Shown here: positions 27,390-42,162 of the stretch, piece after piece
Layout of the letters: each line of letters begins with the position of its first letter
Numbering within the stretch: position 1 is the stretch's first letter
Assembly: GCF_022045235.1 (NCBI RefSeq)
Contig: NW_027266343.1
Span: forward strand, 13,268,001 to 13,332,000
Direction: 5' to 3'
Source: Haliotis cracherodii
Lineage: Eukaryota
Length of the DNA: 64,000 nucleotides
Notes under the pieces: generated by a model
What the model was told of the DNA's origin: nothing
Database searches by the model: none
What the model saw: the letters and a program-made list of their open reading frames with translations, nothing else
Program-made: the position numbers and the translations under genes

Positions 27390-29420
27390 GAACATTGCTG
27401 GCTGTTCCAAAAATGTACACTGAATATAATCCAAACATGGCTATTTCATACCACCCAGCAAATCAGAACACTGTCCAACACTTTATATTTGTGATGGATC
27501 ATTTACGTTTTGGTTGCGAATACGTTTTACATCAATATTCCTACACCAATTGACGTGTTAATAATCAAATGTAAATGACCACAGCTCCAGCATTTGGTGT
27601 TTACATTTCGCAACGTTTGAGAAACAATCGATCATGTTCCTTCTACCAAGATTACAAAGAGCGTTACAAGACTCTTGCTCAGACGTTGTTGTTTCTCCCT
27701 CTTACATCACACATGTAACTAATATAACCTAGAGTTTTGAACGATTCTGTGCAATGTTTCCCAAAAGACTATACCCATGCGATAACATATGAGTCCAATA
27801 TTTAATAATTCAACAATACTGATTCACTTTTAATGAATAACAACAATGTTTGGTGTATTTTTTGAGAAACCCACCACTTGTCTACAAAACTTGTTTTGTA
27901 CATTAATGATATTTTGTGATGGATGGAAATCCCAAACTTCACCCCCGAACAATAAACTTGGAAGACATTTGACATCAAATATATGTAACAATACCTTCGT
28001 TTGCAAATTATCAAAAAACATTGTTGATAATTTAAGGATTAATGATACTTTCCATGCTTGAACAGCTAAGGTGTTTTGTGTAAAATACCACGATTCTGAA
28101 CACGAAAAATGGCAGCCCAGCACATTTTTGATGAAACTGTTTTCCATTCAGAAGAATGTTTCGGAACGTTTTAATCTGTCGGCCTTTCTGAACACAACTA
28201 CCTTACTCTTATCAACATCTCCTTCTAGTCCGCATTTATTGCAATACAAAATAACTTGTCTAGCCTCTTTTGTAAACTTTAAGCTGAGAGATCAAACGAT
28301 ACAATGTCACATAAATAACTCAATAAATTCTAAATTAATACACCTCTGGCTGCTGTCTGCATATGGACTTTCAACAATATCATTAACAACAAAGAGAAAA
28401 GGAAAAGGTGATAACTGGCACCCTAGTCGTAGCCAAATAAACAATGAAAATGAAGTATATCCATCCTTCACTGAAATACAAGCTTGAACTTTTTCATACC
28501 CGCTTTTTAATAATCTAAAGGTTTTACCTTTGGCATTTCCCATCAAACATTTGTAAGAAAGCCCCTTTACCTGTCTACAGAGTCAAAGGCCGACTTTAAA
28601 TCAATAAAGGCGCGATACAACCGCCCATTATATTTATAGGTACTTATCAATGATGGTGCTGAGAACAGAAATATTATCGTGGGTCTAAAAAACATATTTA
28701 AACCCAGCCTGCTTCTGAATGAAAAATGTTCCCGCTTGGCCCAATGGTTTCATTTATTAATAAAAACTTGGGGGAAATTTACCCGAAACTTCAAGCACGG
28801 TTATCGGTCTATAGTTTGGCGGACAGTCAAATCAACCCTTCTTAAAAGGGAAATACTAACTCAATAGGACCACTCAGGTGGATACATACCTGTAGATAAA
28901 ACACTGATGAATAAAGCTTTTAGCAATTTAATGAATGAGTATGGTTTTACGCCACTTTTAGCAATATTCCAGTACGGCGGGGGACATCATAAATGGGCTT
29001 CACACATTGTACCCATGTCGGGAATCGAACCCGGGTCTTCGGCGTGACAAGCGAACGCTTTAACCACTAGGCTACCCGATCGCCCCTTTTAGCAAATTAA
29101 TGCTTAAATCTAGTTCATTTTCGAAAATTTCAATTGGAATTCCACTATATTCACCAGTTTGCATATCTTAAATTTCATCAATTATATCTTGATAACAGAT
29201 TTCTTCATCCAAATCATCCAAATCAACGGAGGATTCTACGAGATTATCATTAACAATAAAGTGTTCCTCATCCGCTGATACATGCAATCCCTGAAAAAGC
29301 TGCTGAAAATGATTAATCCATACAGACGTATTATTGTTGACAAAATTGATTTAACTGTTCCCCAAAATAACTTATTGTCTTTTGCAGAAAGCACATTACA
29401 AAGTCGGTCTGTAAAGTTGG
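27390..29420 (-). mobile_element. Same degenerate LINE fragment with nested SINE, spacer 3
   Basis: Same RT motifs; interrupted at 28934-29086. Confidence 0.8.
28934..29086 (-). mobile_element. tRNA-derived SINE with target-site duplication
   Basis: A box TAGCCTAGTGG, B box GGTTCGATTCC, short simple-repeat tail, ~16 bp TSD TTTTAGCAA(A/T)TTAATG. Empty site at about 10965 and 19485. Confidence 0.85.
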
Positions 29421-31896
29421 TCTTATATAAGTTGCACGACTTGTTTTCCAATCCAGTTCGTGTAAACGTGTGGAAACCACAAAGGTTCATAAAGTTTTAA
29501 AACGTAAGCTTAAGATGAAATTTCAAATTGGAAAGGTATCTATTTCATGTAATGTAAGTACCCAAATTTGGTGCCAGGATCAATATTGTCCAGATTAGTG
29601 GAATTTGAACATGTTTTCGATATCATTCATTTACTTCAAAGGACTGACATTGCATATATTATTGTAGCATAACAGGTTCATATACTATGAAATCGTTTTA
29701 TATAGCAAACTTGTCTAGCAATTGAGGCTATTATTTATCATGTTTCAGCAATGAATCTTTTGCCCCAAACATACAGAGAATAATTCAATATAACACAACA
29801 GGATTTTTAAGTCTCCCAACAAAGGTTGGGATGCACTTGTTACTGAAGTTACTTGTTCAGATTTGAACAAATTAGTAATATACATTTGCAATTTTTCATA
29901 TTCGTGATAACATTTTCTGGTATAGATTCTAGTTCTTTTTTGGGTTAAGTCCCATCCGGGATTCAAACCCATACTTCCAGAGTGAGGCACTCAGCGTCAG
30001 CGATCTAACCCAGCCTCCAAGGCTTTCAATAAATGAAAGTCCGACAACTGGAAGTCTAGATTTAGACTTGTCAGAGGGGTAAAAAAGTACCTTGATCAAG
30101 TATCTTGACTACCAGTTGTCGGACTTTTATTTTGTGGAAGCCTTGGTGGCTGTGTGCGTAATTAAGATCGCTGAGCAAAGAAAACACTCGTTGATTGATT
30201 CGTTACCCAATTGATCGTTCATTGTCTATATTGGTTAATGGAAGCAGTATAAACATTCACACATTAAAGGAGATCAGTTAAATATGTGGGCTTGGTGTGA
30301 ATGTGCGATCGCTTGTGTCCCCCGTAGATACGTAGCTACCTATACGAAGGTGAGAAGGGATTATCCCGGGGTAATCATCCAGGTAGAACTTCAAATGTAT
30401 CAGCAGCCCATGTTTGGATAACACAGAATTCAGGTCGTTCTCGTCGTCAGTTAAATGGCAATTAAGGAAGATTTATATTTATTTTGTGAACAAGACATTG
30501 AATGCGGACTCACTTTCTGTGTATTCCCGACCAGCTGGATTAGATTTAAGTATCACGTTAACATAAAATACGTAACACATCGTGAAATATTGTGCATTTC
30601 TTATTGGTTTCTTATTGGTTTCTTGTCCCCTGTTCCATTGTTTGAACATGCATTAACACTTCACTTGCTGACTGAAACACACTAGCGTCATTAGAAAATT
30701 CTGCTGGCCCAATGTACGATTCCGACTATATCACAAGCATGTGTTTATGAATAACTATCATGGTGATGATACCAGGTGTTCGCGAAAAGGTGGGCGTATC
30801 CTGCCCCACGGTGTCACCGTCACAAACACTTCACTGGTTCAGTGGCCTAAATTCCGTTTTCCGATATATGTAAGAATATTCACGTGTGATATAAACGACG
30901 TTAATTGGCTATTCAATGAAGTCAATCAATGTTCAGTTTACAGCTTTATAGATTCAGATTACAGATCTGGTGCTGTGGCTGACAGTTCTTCACGGCATAA
31001 ACATTCATGCATTCTGAAACATAACGAGGGATGTATTTCAAGTCAGTCTGTAACCTGGAAACAGATGTTTAATGCTTTAACCACGTGCACGGCATTACCG
31101 TGGAGCTTTAACACTCAAATGACGAGCGTTTTCTCTCAGTGAGATATGAATGCTACACCAGTCTATGGATATCCTAATACTTTGGAACCAAACGGGAGAT
31201 TGGGCAAATATGATAATAACTTCGTTGTTCAATGGTGTAGCAAATACCTCCGAATATGACCACACTGCCAGTTTATATGGATTTGTACTTTTTAAAACCC
31301 AATAAGATTTATAGTAAATATCCGTATAAATGATTTATGTGTCTTTAACACATGAATTTTACTTTCTACAATGTGTATGTTCTTCATAAGCATTGTAACT
31401 GAATGATACTAGAACCACGTGACTGTCTCAGAAGTATTTTGTATCCTCCCCCACCCATCTGTCTGTCTGTTTGTCCCGTTCTGAGATTTTAAAGAGAAAT
31501 AAAGAAAACACTAAATGGTATGCCATAACATCCTTTGGATCAAGACAAATTATGACACATTGTTATTTTATTTTCACTTCAGTTTGCTAAACTGAAAATA
31601 TATATACTGCCAATAATACACATTGCAATCTATACTATTCCATTCTTATAATGTAACAATTAATAATTCTAATTATGCTCCTGTTATTTTTCTTCATGAT
31701 CTCGTAATGTTACTTTATTCTTTGCTTATCTAAAACATAAACCACGGATCACCCAGATAAAAATCAAAATCAATTTTGTATGTCCACATGTCAGCTTTTG
31801 CGGGGTAAAATCCCAATAGGCGTTGGTGAGGTACATTTTAATCACTTACTTTGGTGAAAGTCACGATGACGACTGGGTCGCAAGTGTCTTTGGAGT

Positions 31897-32665
31897 ACAA
31901 CTATCTCGGACTTTTAATTGATGAATTCCTGGATTTTACCACGACGGCAAAAGCAGTTCCACAGTCAGCGAGTAGAGCCCTGGGTCTTATCATTGCTAAC
32001 AGTAAAGCCCTGGGTGGTGTCCCCTACGATGTATATTCCAAAGTATATGATGCAATTGTGCTACCTGTGATTACGTATGGCGCATCAGTTTGGGTAACTA
32101 GAGAATTTTCTACAATTACAAGATTCAAAACAGAGTGTGTAGATATTTTCTTGGAGTCGTAAAATATACTCCTAATGATGCAGTACAGGGGGAGATGGGA
32201 TGGGCCCCTATGTGTGTCAATCTATGGAAAGCCGTGTTACATCAGTGGAGAAGATTGGTGAACATGAATGTGGATGGATTGAAAAGAAGAATATTCCTCC
32301 TACTGGACAATTACCGAGTATCAAGATTTAAGATATGAAACTACAGAATTTACAAATTCTTTGAAAACCAAGGGTCGAGTAATTTCTGCAACGTTGAAAC
32401 TTTTATATCCAAGAATGTGATCGATAGTGTTATTAATGTATATGAACTGAAAATATTGGAAGCATGGAGAGACAACATTCGACAAAATGATAGAAAATTG
32501 AGAACTTATCGTCTTTTTAAACAAGATTACTGTATGGAACCTTATACTCAAGTTAACATGCCCAAAACCTTCAGGAGTGCATGAAGTAAAATTCGCATAT
32601 TATTTAATGTATATATTGCTGTACATGAGGTGAGACTGTACTAATAAACTGTCTGTCCGTCTGTC
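31897..32665 (+). mobile_element. Same LINE insertion, spacer 3
   Basis: Same junctions as 13757-14522. Confidence 0.8.
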
Positions 32666-33184
32666 GGCATGGTGTATAGTGTACAGACATCGAAATTTAA
32701 CGAAGCTTTAGTAATCATGGCGATCTTAGCGCCTTCGCCTTTGTAACTTCCCTACTCTAACACAGACTTACACTAATGTTTTAGCGCGAACGTCGCCTTG
32801 TGCAAGTGGCTCCTGGACTTCACCAGATTCACGGCACATTCGACCAAATATATTGAAATTGTAACTGAACTAGACAAACAACAGAGACTCGCCATCGATG
32901 GTTTGATGCGAAAGTGTAAGGAAAGTGTTTGTTTCGAAGAGAGGACACTAAACGAGCTGAAGATCAGTATTTATTCATATCGTGCAAAGAAACCTTCAAT
33001 AACAGGACGGTATCACAGTGTGGTTGACAAAACAGGTCAACGTATGTATAAAGTATTCCGTGATTACCTTAACATTCAGGCACCAACATAATCAACAATA
33101 ACAGTGGCAATAAACAACAAATCTCTGAAATCCAACACTCAGACAACAGGAGACATTTCACATTTCAGCAATTCATCTTCCAGA

Positions 33185-35063
33185 TTACCATGGAGACATC
33201 TTAAGCGGAGACGAATCTGTTATGAGACGTCGACTGCGCATGCTCTGTTTTTCTCCTGCTGTCCATGACTTGGACTTTACTCGGAAGTGACGTAGATGTT
33301 TGGAGTAATCCTGGTGCAGCATAGGGACGTAGTTTCTTGGATTGCACTGAGACTGAAAGTTATAAGAAAGTACTTATGACTATACGTGTGACACATTAAT
33401 TCACTGATAACACAACATTCTACCCCAAAAGGGTAGGACAGGTAACTTTAAATTTAGAATGTATATTAAAATGAATATTAAAAAGCATGCATTTAAATAA
33501 GGACATATTTACATTTGGACCCGTCAGTTTCGAACATTCTTCAACCTACCTGATGTTGTTCACAGAAGGCTTTGTATCCGCCATCTAACAGGTATACTTC
33601 CGGGTAGAAGAGGAAAGGGTAACGGTCACTGTTCAGTTTCCGGTCAAGGTTTCTAAGAAGTCTCAATCTGTATCAGAAGATACATAATTGAATCATTGTT
33701 ACATGAGATAAAACAAATTAAAAAAACCAACCCCTAAACAAACAATTATTTTGGGTAGTGCAGTAAACTTATGACCGGACGATCTTTTTCGTCGACTGTT
33801 TCAAGTGTTATACACGAGAAACAACGTACAATGTATTAACAATAGAAACTGCATCATCAATTTTCATGTGAACAATGATCTAAACGTTTAACGTCTGAGT
33901 CCTTTACGTCAACTGCAACTGTGTTTTACGAAGGAAAGAATACTTACAGTTTCGGGCCTCTCTCTGATGAAAATTCACAATGGAAGACCAGGATGTTCCG
34001 TTGAGTGGAGTCGCTCCCCTGTAGATTGGTCACTAAGTCTGTGATCAGAGCGTGGGTGTGAAGGTTCTCGGCACCCTTAAGTAAATAATGTAAGAATATA
34101 AGCTCAGCATAAACTCTTCGCAAAATATTAATGTCAGTTATTTTTTGCCTGTATTATGCAAAGATATTACATGAGCAAGCAAAAACATAGATTCCATTCC
34201 ATTATACAAGTTTAAAGACAGCAGCATACCTCAATGTGACCACCTTCATACTCATATGGGTAACGACAGTCAATGACCCTGTAGCTGGAAATGACGTCAT
34301 CGTACTCTCCTGCCAGAAGTTGACTGACTGTGTGTGGAGTCACAGATTTGAGATCCTTGTGTCTGCCTTGTATCGTTGGGAGACTATGAACCTGAAAACA
34401 TAATGGCAACTTGAAAATGTGGATTTCCTTCTCATTCAAATAGATTAAGCAATTCAGAAGATCTATATAATCATTATTAGAATGGAAGGACGAATCCGCA
34501 ACTAACCTGTGAACCATCACCGATGAGATCAACTTCATTTCGCATTTTATCAACTGCTGTCTTCATGACCTCGGATGTTACTTCGGCTTGGAGGTTATGG
34601 CCACAGCTGCCTGTTTTTTGTTTCTTGATCTGCCTTGCTTGAACATAATTAACTCCGTCATGACCATTGTCACGTTGTCTCTTCCCTCCGAACAGTGACT
34701 TCCTTGTTCCACGGAAACCAGCTTTCCTGTCATCCAAAGGTTGTGGGGACACCTGATGAAGAAACATGCATACATTAAATTTCAATGTTGGTTAAACAAT
34801 TACATGTAAAATTAATCACACTTCCTTTTTTGAAATCATCTAATGCAACCATTTAACTATTCATTATCCATAGCTCTCTATATCCATTGCTGCGTATATA
34901 TCACTATCTGCCCAATGTAGCTGTTGTCAGTTCGATTATACATAGTTCCACAAACCTCATTGTCACTGCAAAGTGACTCAAAGCCACTATCACGTGAGTC
35001 TTCGTCATCGAAGTAAAGGCTCTTTGGGATAAAGACTTCTGGTAAAAAATCTCTTCTGGCCAT
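33185..35063 (-). CDS. cdc25: Cdc25-type phosphatase copy 4, 309 aa, open frame
   Basis: Exons 35063-34956, 34752-34507, 34391-34230, 34075-33948, 33667-33550, 33352-33185. The exon 4 acceptor is AAG rather than CAG. Confidence 0.9.
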
Positions 35064-35149
35064 TGTGGGACAGATTTCGTCCATCTATTCTGAATGTTAA
35101 GAAATTTATATCTATGGTCAGGTATTTACAAGTTATGCAGTTGCCAGGG

Positions 35150-35635
35150 GAATGATGCTGTGTCTTGCATCTGTTGTACATGTATATATACCTGTACTAA
35201 AACAACATATTTACATAACAACGACAACACTCGTTGATCGATTCGTTGAAAACTTATATAAACATTAACACATTAGAGGAGAACGGTTAAGAATATGGGC
35301 TTGGTGTGAAAATGCAGGATCGCTTGTGTCCCCTGTAGGTATATGGAGCTACCCATACGAGGGTGTGAGGGGGATTATCCTGGGTATAATCACCAGGTAG
35401 GACATCAAATGTACCGTTAACCCATGTATTGATAACGCAGGGTTCAGTTCGTTGTGGTCGTCCGCTGAATGACAATTAAGGACGATTTGTATTTACCTGG
35501 CAAACGAGATGTTTAATTAAGGCGCATATTCAGCGTGGATTCCTTACTGGCTGTGTTAAGGTGTGAAGTAAGTAGGTTTATCAAGGGCCAGTTAGAATGA
35601 TCTGGATTAGCTGGAATAGATTCATGTTTGTAGAG
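35150..35635 (-). promoter_or_regulatory. Core promoter (6-bp insertion) and upstream module, copy 4
   Basis: TATA at 35190, Inr A at 35153 (37 nt, because of a TACATG insertion). Confidence 0.6.
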
Positions 35636-36079
35636 AATGTCTTGATAGTTAGGTGATCTTTTAATCTTTAAAAGGAAGCACATGGAGAAAGTTATTGTTT
35701 TTCTTTTATTTCTTATGTGTGTGTGCGTGCATGTGTGCGTGCGTGCGCGTGTGCAGCTTCAGCAGAAACAAAATAATGATTTGTCTTTAAGTGGTGATTA
35801 CTGCATATATGTCCACGTATTTGCATCTTCTTGTTTTCATCGAATATAATAGATGGAAAACGTTCAAACGTTCCAAAGCTTCACGCTCAAAGTCATTTAC
35901 AGTAGAACAAGAAAGATACAGAGAATATCACTCGAGTCTCAGTAATAATGCTGTGGTTTTAGCACGAATGGGACACCAAGAATGGGCTTCACACATTGTA
36001 CCAAAATAGGGAATCGAACCTAGGTCTTCAGCATGCCGAGCAAACGACTTGATATAACACTCTTATGGCATTGAGAACA

Positions 36080-38110
36080 TTGCTGGCTGTTCCAAAAATG
36101 TACACTGAATATAATCCAAACATGGCTATTTCATACCACCCAGCAAATCAGAACACTGTCCAACACTTTATATTTGTGATGGATCATTTCCCTTTTGGTT
36201 GCGAATACGTTTTACATCAATATTCCTACACAAATTGACGTGTTAATAATCAAATGTTAATGACCACAGCTCCAGCATTTGGTGTTTACATTTTGCAACG
36301 TTTGAGAAACAATCGAGCATGTTCCTTCTACCAAGATTACAAAGAGCGTTACAAGACTCTTGCTCAGACGTTGTTGTTTCTCCCTCTTACATCCCACATG
36401 TAACTAAAATAACCTGGAGTTTTGAACGATTCTTTGCAATGTTTCCCAAAAGACTATACCAATGCGATAACAAATGAGTCCAATATTTAATAATTCAACA
36501 ATACTGATTCACTTTTAATGAATAACAACAATGTTTGGTGTGTTTCTTGAGAAACTCACCACTTGTCTACAAAACTTGTTTTGTACATTAATGATATTTT
36601 GTGATGGATGGAAATCCCAAACTTCACCCCCGAACAATAAACTTGGAAGACATTTGACATCAAATATATGTAACAATACCTTCGTTTGCAAATTATCAAA
36701 AAACATTGTTGATAATTTAAGGATTAATGATACTTTCCATGCTTGAACAGCTAAGGTGTTTTGTGTAAAATACCACGATTCTGAACACGAAAAATGGCAG
36801 CCCAGCACATTTTTGATGAAACTGTTTTCCATTCAGAAGAATGCTTCGGAACGTTTTAATCTGTCGGCCTTTCTGAACACAACTACCTTACTCTAATCAA
36901 CATCTCCTTCTAGTCCGCATTTATTGCAATACAAAATAACTTGTCTAGCCTCTTTTGTAAACTTAAAGCTGAGAGATCAAACGATACAATGTCACATAAA
37001 TAACCCAATAAATTCTAAATTAATACACCTCTGGCTGCTGTCTGCATATGGACTTTCAACAATATCATTAACAACAAAGAGAAAAGGAAAAGGTGATAAC
37101 TGGCACCCTTGACGTAGCCAAATAAACAATGAAAATGAAGTATATCCATCCTTCACTGAAATACAAGCTTGAACTTTTTCATACCCGCTTTTTAATACTC
37201 TAAAGGCTTTACCTTTGGCATTTCCCATCAAACATTTGTAAGAAAGCCCCTTTACCTGTCTACAGAGTCAAAGGCCGACTTTAAATCAATAAAGGCGCGA
37301 TACAACCGCCCATTATATTTATAGGTACTTATTAATGATGGTGCTGAGAACAGAAATATTATCGTGGGTCTAAAAATCATATTTAAACCCAGCCTGCTTC
37401 TGAATGAAAAATGTTCCCGCTTGGCCCAATGATTTCCTTTATTAATAAAAACTCGGGGGAAATTTACCCGAAACTTCAAGCACGGTTATCTGTCTATAGT
37501 TTGGCGGACAGTCAAATCAACTCTTCTTAAAAGGGTAATACTAACTCAATAGGACCATTCAGGTGGATACATATCTGTAAATAAAACACTGATGAATAAA
37601 GCAATTTAATGAATGAGTATGGTTTTACGCCGCTTTTAGCTATATTCCAGCACGGTGGGGGACACAAGAAATGGGCTTCACAAATTGTACCCATGTCGGG
37701 AATCGAACCCGGGTCTTCGGCGTGACGAGCGAACGCTTTAACCACTAGGCTACCCGATCGCCCCTTTTAGCAAATTAATGCTTAAATCTAGTTCATTTTT
37801 GCAAATTTCAATTGGAATTCCACCATATCCAGTACATTCACCAGTTTGCATATTTTGAATTTCATCAGTTATATCTTGATAACAGATTTCTTCATCCAAA
37901 TCATCAAAATCAACGGATGATTCTACGACATTATCATTAACAATAAAATGTTCCTCATCCGCTGATACATGCAATCCCTGAAAAAGCTGCTGAAAATGAT
38001 CAATCAATACAGACGTATTGTTGTTGACAAAACTGATTTAACTGTTCTCCAAAATAACTTATTGTCTTTTGCAGAAAGCACATTACAAAGTCGGTCTGTA
38101 AAGTTGGTAA
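36080..38110 (-). mobile_element. Same degenerate LINE fragment with nested SINE, spacer 4
   Basis: LYRAFIDLKSAFDSVDR and RQGCQLSPF motifs. Confidence 0.8.
37612..37764 (-). mobile_element. Same tRNA-derived SINE, spacer 4
   Basis: Same insertion site and sequence. Confidence 0.85.
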
Positions 38111-41100
38111 ATGCTGATGACTACATTGAAGCACACAACTGTTAAAAGAATGACCACAACTCGACATAACATTGTCGATCGCAGTTACTGTTACTAGCTT
38201 GAACTGCACGCAGAAAGCGCCGAGTTGTGTTACATGCAGACCAACACTCCGCGTCATACCAGTTGTCTCCCTTCGAAGACACTTTTCTTACAAAAGTCTG
38301 CACAAGATTGAATGATACAGTTTAACATGGATAACGCCTCAGCACCTCACCATTGGCAACATAGTAATTATTTGAACAATTTGTGGGGTTCCAAGAGGCA
38401 CTAATCATAAAAAGTCATAAAAAGTTAAAATCGTTTTGGGGAAAAGTGAAATAATTTTAAAATGGTGTTCTACTATAAAATGGTAAATAACAGCCTATTA
38501 TCATTCTGATCTCGTTCTGGTCCACTTTAAATAATTACTTGCAAAGGAATACTTCCTATTTACAATTTACATGTATTATATGCAGAACTAAAAACTATGA
38601 AAATCCTTTTATTCCCACTACAACATACGTAACATTACGTAACATTTTATCGCCAGTTTTGAGTAACCCAGATTCCTCATGATATTTTAAACGAATTATT
38701 AATAAAATTGCTGATTGTACAAAACAGTTTTACTTTGACTGCGACTAATACTAAGATGCAGTGACTTGAATGCCTATAAGTGCGATAGACACATCTGTGA
38801 AGACCCTTCTTGTTCCCGTGGTTCGGTATGCGAGGACACTGCTTATTGTTTCTTAATATGTCTAATTTATAGAACCATAAAGAACAAACTCATACTTCTA
38901 TACCATGGGATATTACTTCAGTTTGGCATCTTATGGCACTATCTTAGAAATCGGAAATGTTAAACCAAACAAGTTTGGCATCAGTACGTGATGATATTAA
39001 ACAAACAAAAATATTTTCAAATTGATCATTAACCAGTTTATATAGCCTATTACACACCCAGAAACACCTTCATCTTATCCACTGGCATTATCTCCAAGTT
39101 ATTGCTACCTTTACTGTAATTTCATTTTCGATTGTACGTATTACTGGAAAAGTATTCATATAAGTTGCACGACTTGTTTTCCAATCCAGTTCGTGTAAAC
39201 GTATGGAAACCACAAAGGTTCACAAAGTCTTAAAACGTAAGCTTAAGATGAAATTTCAAATTGGAAAGGTATCTATTTCATGTAATGTAAGTGCCCAAAT
39301 TTGGTGCCAGGATCAATATTGTTAAGATTAGTGGAATTTGAACATGTTTTCGATATCATTCATTTACTTCAAAGGACTGACATTGCATATATTATTGTAG
39401 CATTCCAGGTTCCTATACTATGAAATCGTTTTATATGGCAAACTTGTCTAGCAATTGATGCTATTATTTATCATGTTTCAGCAATGAATCTTTTGCCCCA
39501 AACATACAGAGAATAATTCAATATAACACAACAGGATTTTTAAGTCTCCCATCAGAGGTTGGGATGCACTTGTTACTGAAGTTACTTGTTCAGATTTGAA
39601 CAAATTAGTAATATACATTTGCAATTTTTCATATTCGTGATAACATTTTCTGGTATAGATTCTAGTTCTTTTTTGGGTTATGTCCCATCCGGGATTCAAA
39701 CCCACACTTCCAGAGTGAGGCACTCAGCGTCAGCGATCTAACCCAGCCTCCAAGGCTTTCAAGAAATGAAAGTCCGACAACTGGAAGTCTAGATTTAGAC
39801 TTGTCAGAGGGGTAAAAAAGTACCTTGATCAAGTATCTTGACTACCAGTTGTCGGACTTTTATTTTGTGGAAGCCTTGGTGGCTGTGTGGGTAATTAAGA
39901 TCGCTGAGCAAAGAAAACACTCGTTGATTAATTCGTTACCCAATTGATCGTTCATTGTCTATATTGTTTAATGAAGCAGTATAAACATTCACACATTAAA
40001 GGAGATCAGTTAAATATGTGGGCTTGGTGTGAATGTGCAATCGCTTGTGTCCCCCGTAGATACGTAGCTACCTATACGAAGGTGAATAGGGATTATCCCG
40101 GGGTAATCATCTAGGTAGAACTTCAAATGTATCAGCAGCCCCTGTTCTGGATAACACAGTATTCAGGTCGTTCTCGTCGTCAGTTGAATGGCAATTAAGG
40201 AAGGTTTTTAATTATTTTGTGAACAAGACATTGGATGCAGACTCACTTTCTGCATGTATTCCCGACCAGCTGGATTAGATTTGAGTATCACGTTAACATA
40301 AAATACGTAACACATCGTGAAATATTGTGCATTTCTTATTGGTTTCTTGACTCCTGTTCCATTGTTTGAACATGCATTAACACTTCACTTGCTGACTGAA
40401 ACACACAAGGGTCATAAGAAAACTCTGCTGGCCCAATGTACGATTCCGACTATATCACAAGCATGTGTTTATGAATAACTATCATGGTGATGATACCAGG
40501 TGTTCGCGAAAAGGTGGGCGTATCCTGCCCCACGGTGTCACCGTCACAAACACTTCACTGGTTCAGTGGCCTAAATTCCGTTTTCCGATAAATGTAAGAA
40601 TATTCACGTGTGATATAAACGACGTTACTTGGCTATTCAATGAAGTCAATCAATGTTCAGTTTACAGCTTTATAGATTCAGATTACAGATCTGGTGTTTT
40701 GGCTGACAGTTCTTCACGGCATAAACATTTATGCATTCTGAAACATAATCGGGATGTATTTCAAGTCAGTCTGTAACCTCGAAACAGATGTTTAATGCTT
40801 TAACCACGTGCGCAGCATTACCGTGGAGTCTTGACACTCAAATGACGAGCGTTTTCTCTCAGTGAGATATGAATGCTACACAAATCCATGGATATCCTAA
40901 TACTTTGGAACCAAACGGGAGATTGGGCAAATGAGATAGTAACTTCATTGTTCAATGGTGTAGCAAATACCTCCGAATATGACCACACTGCCAGTTTATA
41001 TGGATTTGTACTTTTTAAAACCAAATAAGATTTATAGTAAATATCCGTATAAATGATTTATATATCTTTAACACATGAATTTTACTTTCTACAATGTGTA

Positions 41101-42162
41101 TGTTCTTTATAAGCATTGTAACTGAATGATACTAGAACCACGTGACTGTCTCAGAAGAGTTTTGCATCCTCCCCCACCCATCTGTCTGTCTGTTTGTCCC
41201 GTTCTGAGATTTTGAAGATAAATAAAGAAAACTGAATGGTATGCCATAACATCCTTTAGATCCAGACACATTATGACACATTGTTATTTTATTTTCACTT
41301 CAGTTTGCTAAACTGAAAATATATATACTGCCAATAATACACATTGTATTCCATATTCTTCCATTTTTATAATATAACAATTAATAATTCTAATTATGCT
41401 TCTGTTATTTTTCTTCATGGTCTCGTAATCTTACTTTATTCCTTGCTTATCTAATACATAAATTACGGATCACTCAGATAAAAATCAAAATCTATTGTAT
41501 ATGTCCGGATGTCAGCTTAATGTGGGGTAAAATCCCAATAGGCGTTGGTGATGTACATTTTAATCACTTACTTTGGTGAAAGTCACGATGACGACTGGGG
41601 CATAAGTGTCTATGGAGTGGATACTGCTTGGTGTTTAGTGTACAGACATCGAAATGTAACGAAGCTATAGTAATCATGGACCACTTGCACAGAACGATCT
41701 TAGCGCCTTTGTAACTTCCAGACTTCCATACTCTAACACAGACTTACACTAGTGTTTCAGCGCGAACGTCGACTTGTGCAAGTGGCTCCTGGACTTCACC
41801 AGATTCACGGCACATTCGACCAAATATATTGAAATTGTAATAGAACTAGACAAACAACAGAGACATATCATCGATTAAAAAGAACGTTTGTGATCTGATG
41901 TGTGAGAGTGAGGGAAGTGAGGACACTAAACGAGCTGAAGATCAGTATTTATTCATATCATACAAAGAAACAGTCGATAACAGGACGGTATCACAGTGTG
42001 GTTGACAAAACAGGTCAACGTATGTATAAAGTATTCCGTGATTACCTTAACATTCAGGCACCAACATAATCAACAATAACAGTGGCAATAAACAACAAAT
42101 CTCTGAAATCCAACACTCGGACAACAGGTGACATTTCACATTTCAGCAATTCATATTCCAGA

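Noticed and set aside
29010-29086. tRNA genes (also 4050-4120 and 61320-61385)
   Set aside because: A/B boxes run into SINE bodies, in this case with a tail and TSD; no clean cloverleaf.
35287-35475. 62-aa ORF in the upstream module as a uORF or separate gene
   Set aside because: It lies upstream of the inferred TSS, has a non-ATG start, and the frame is not kept across divergent blocks.
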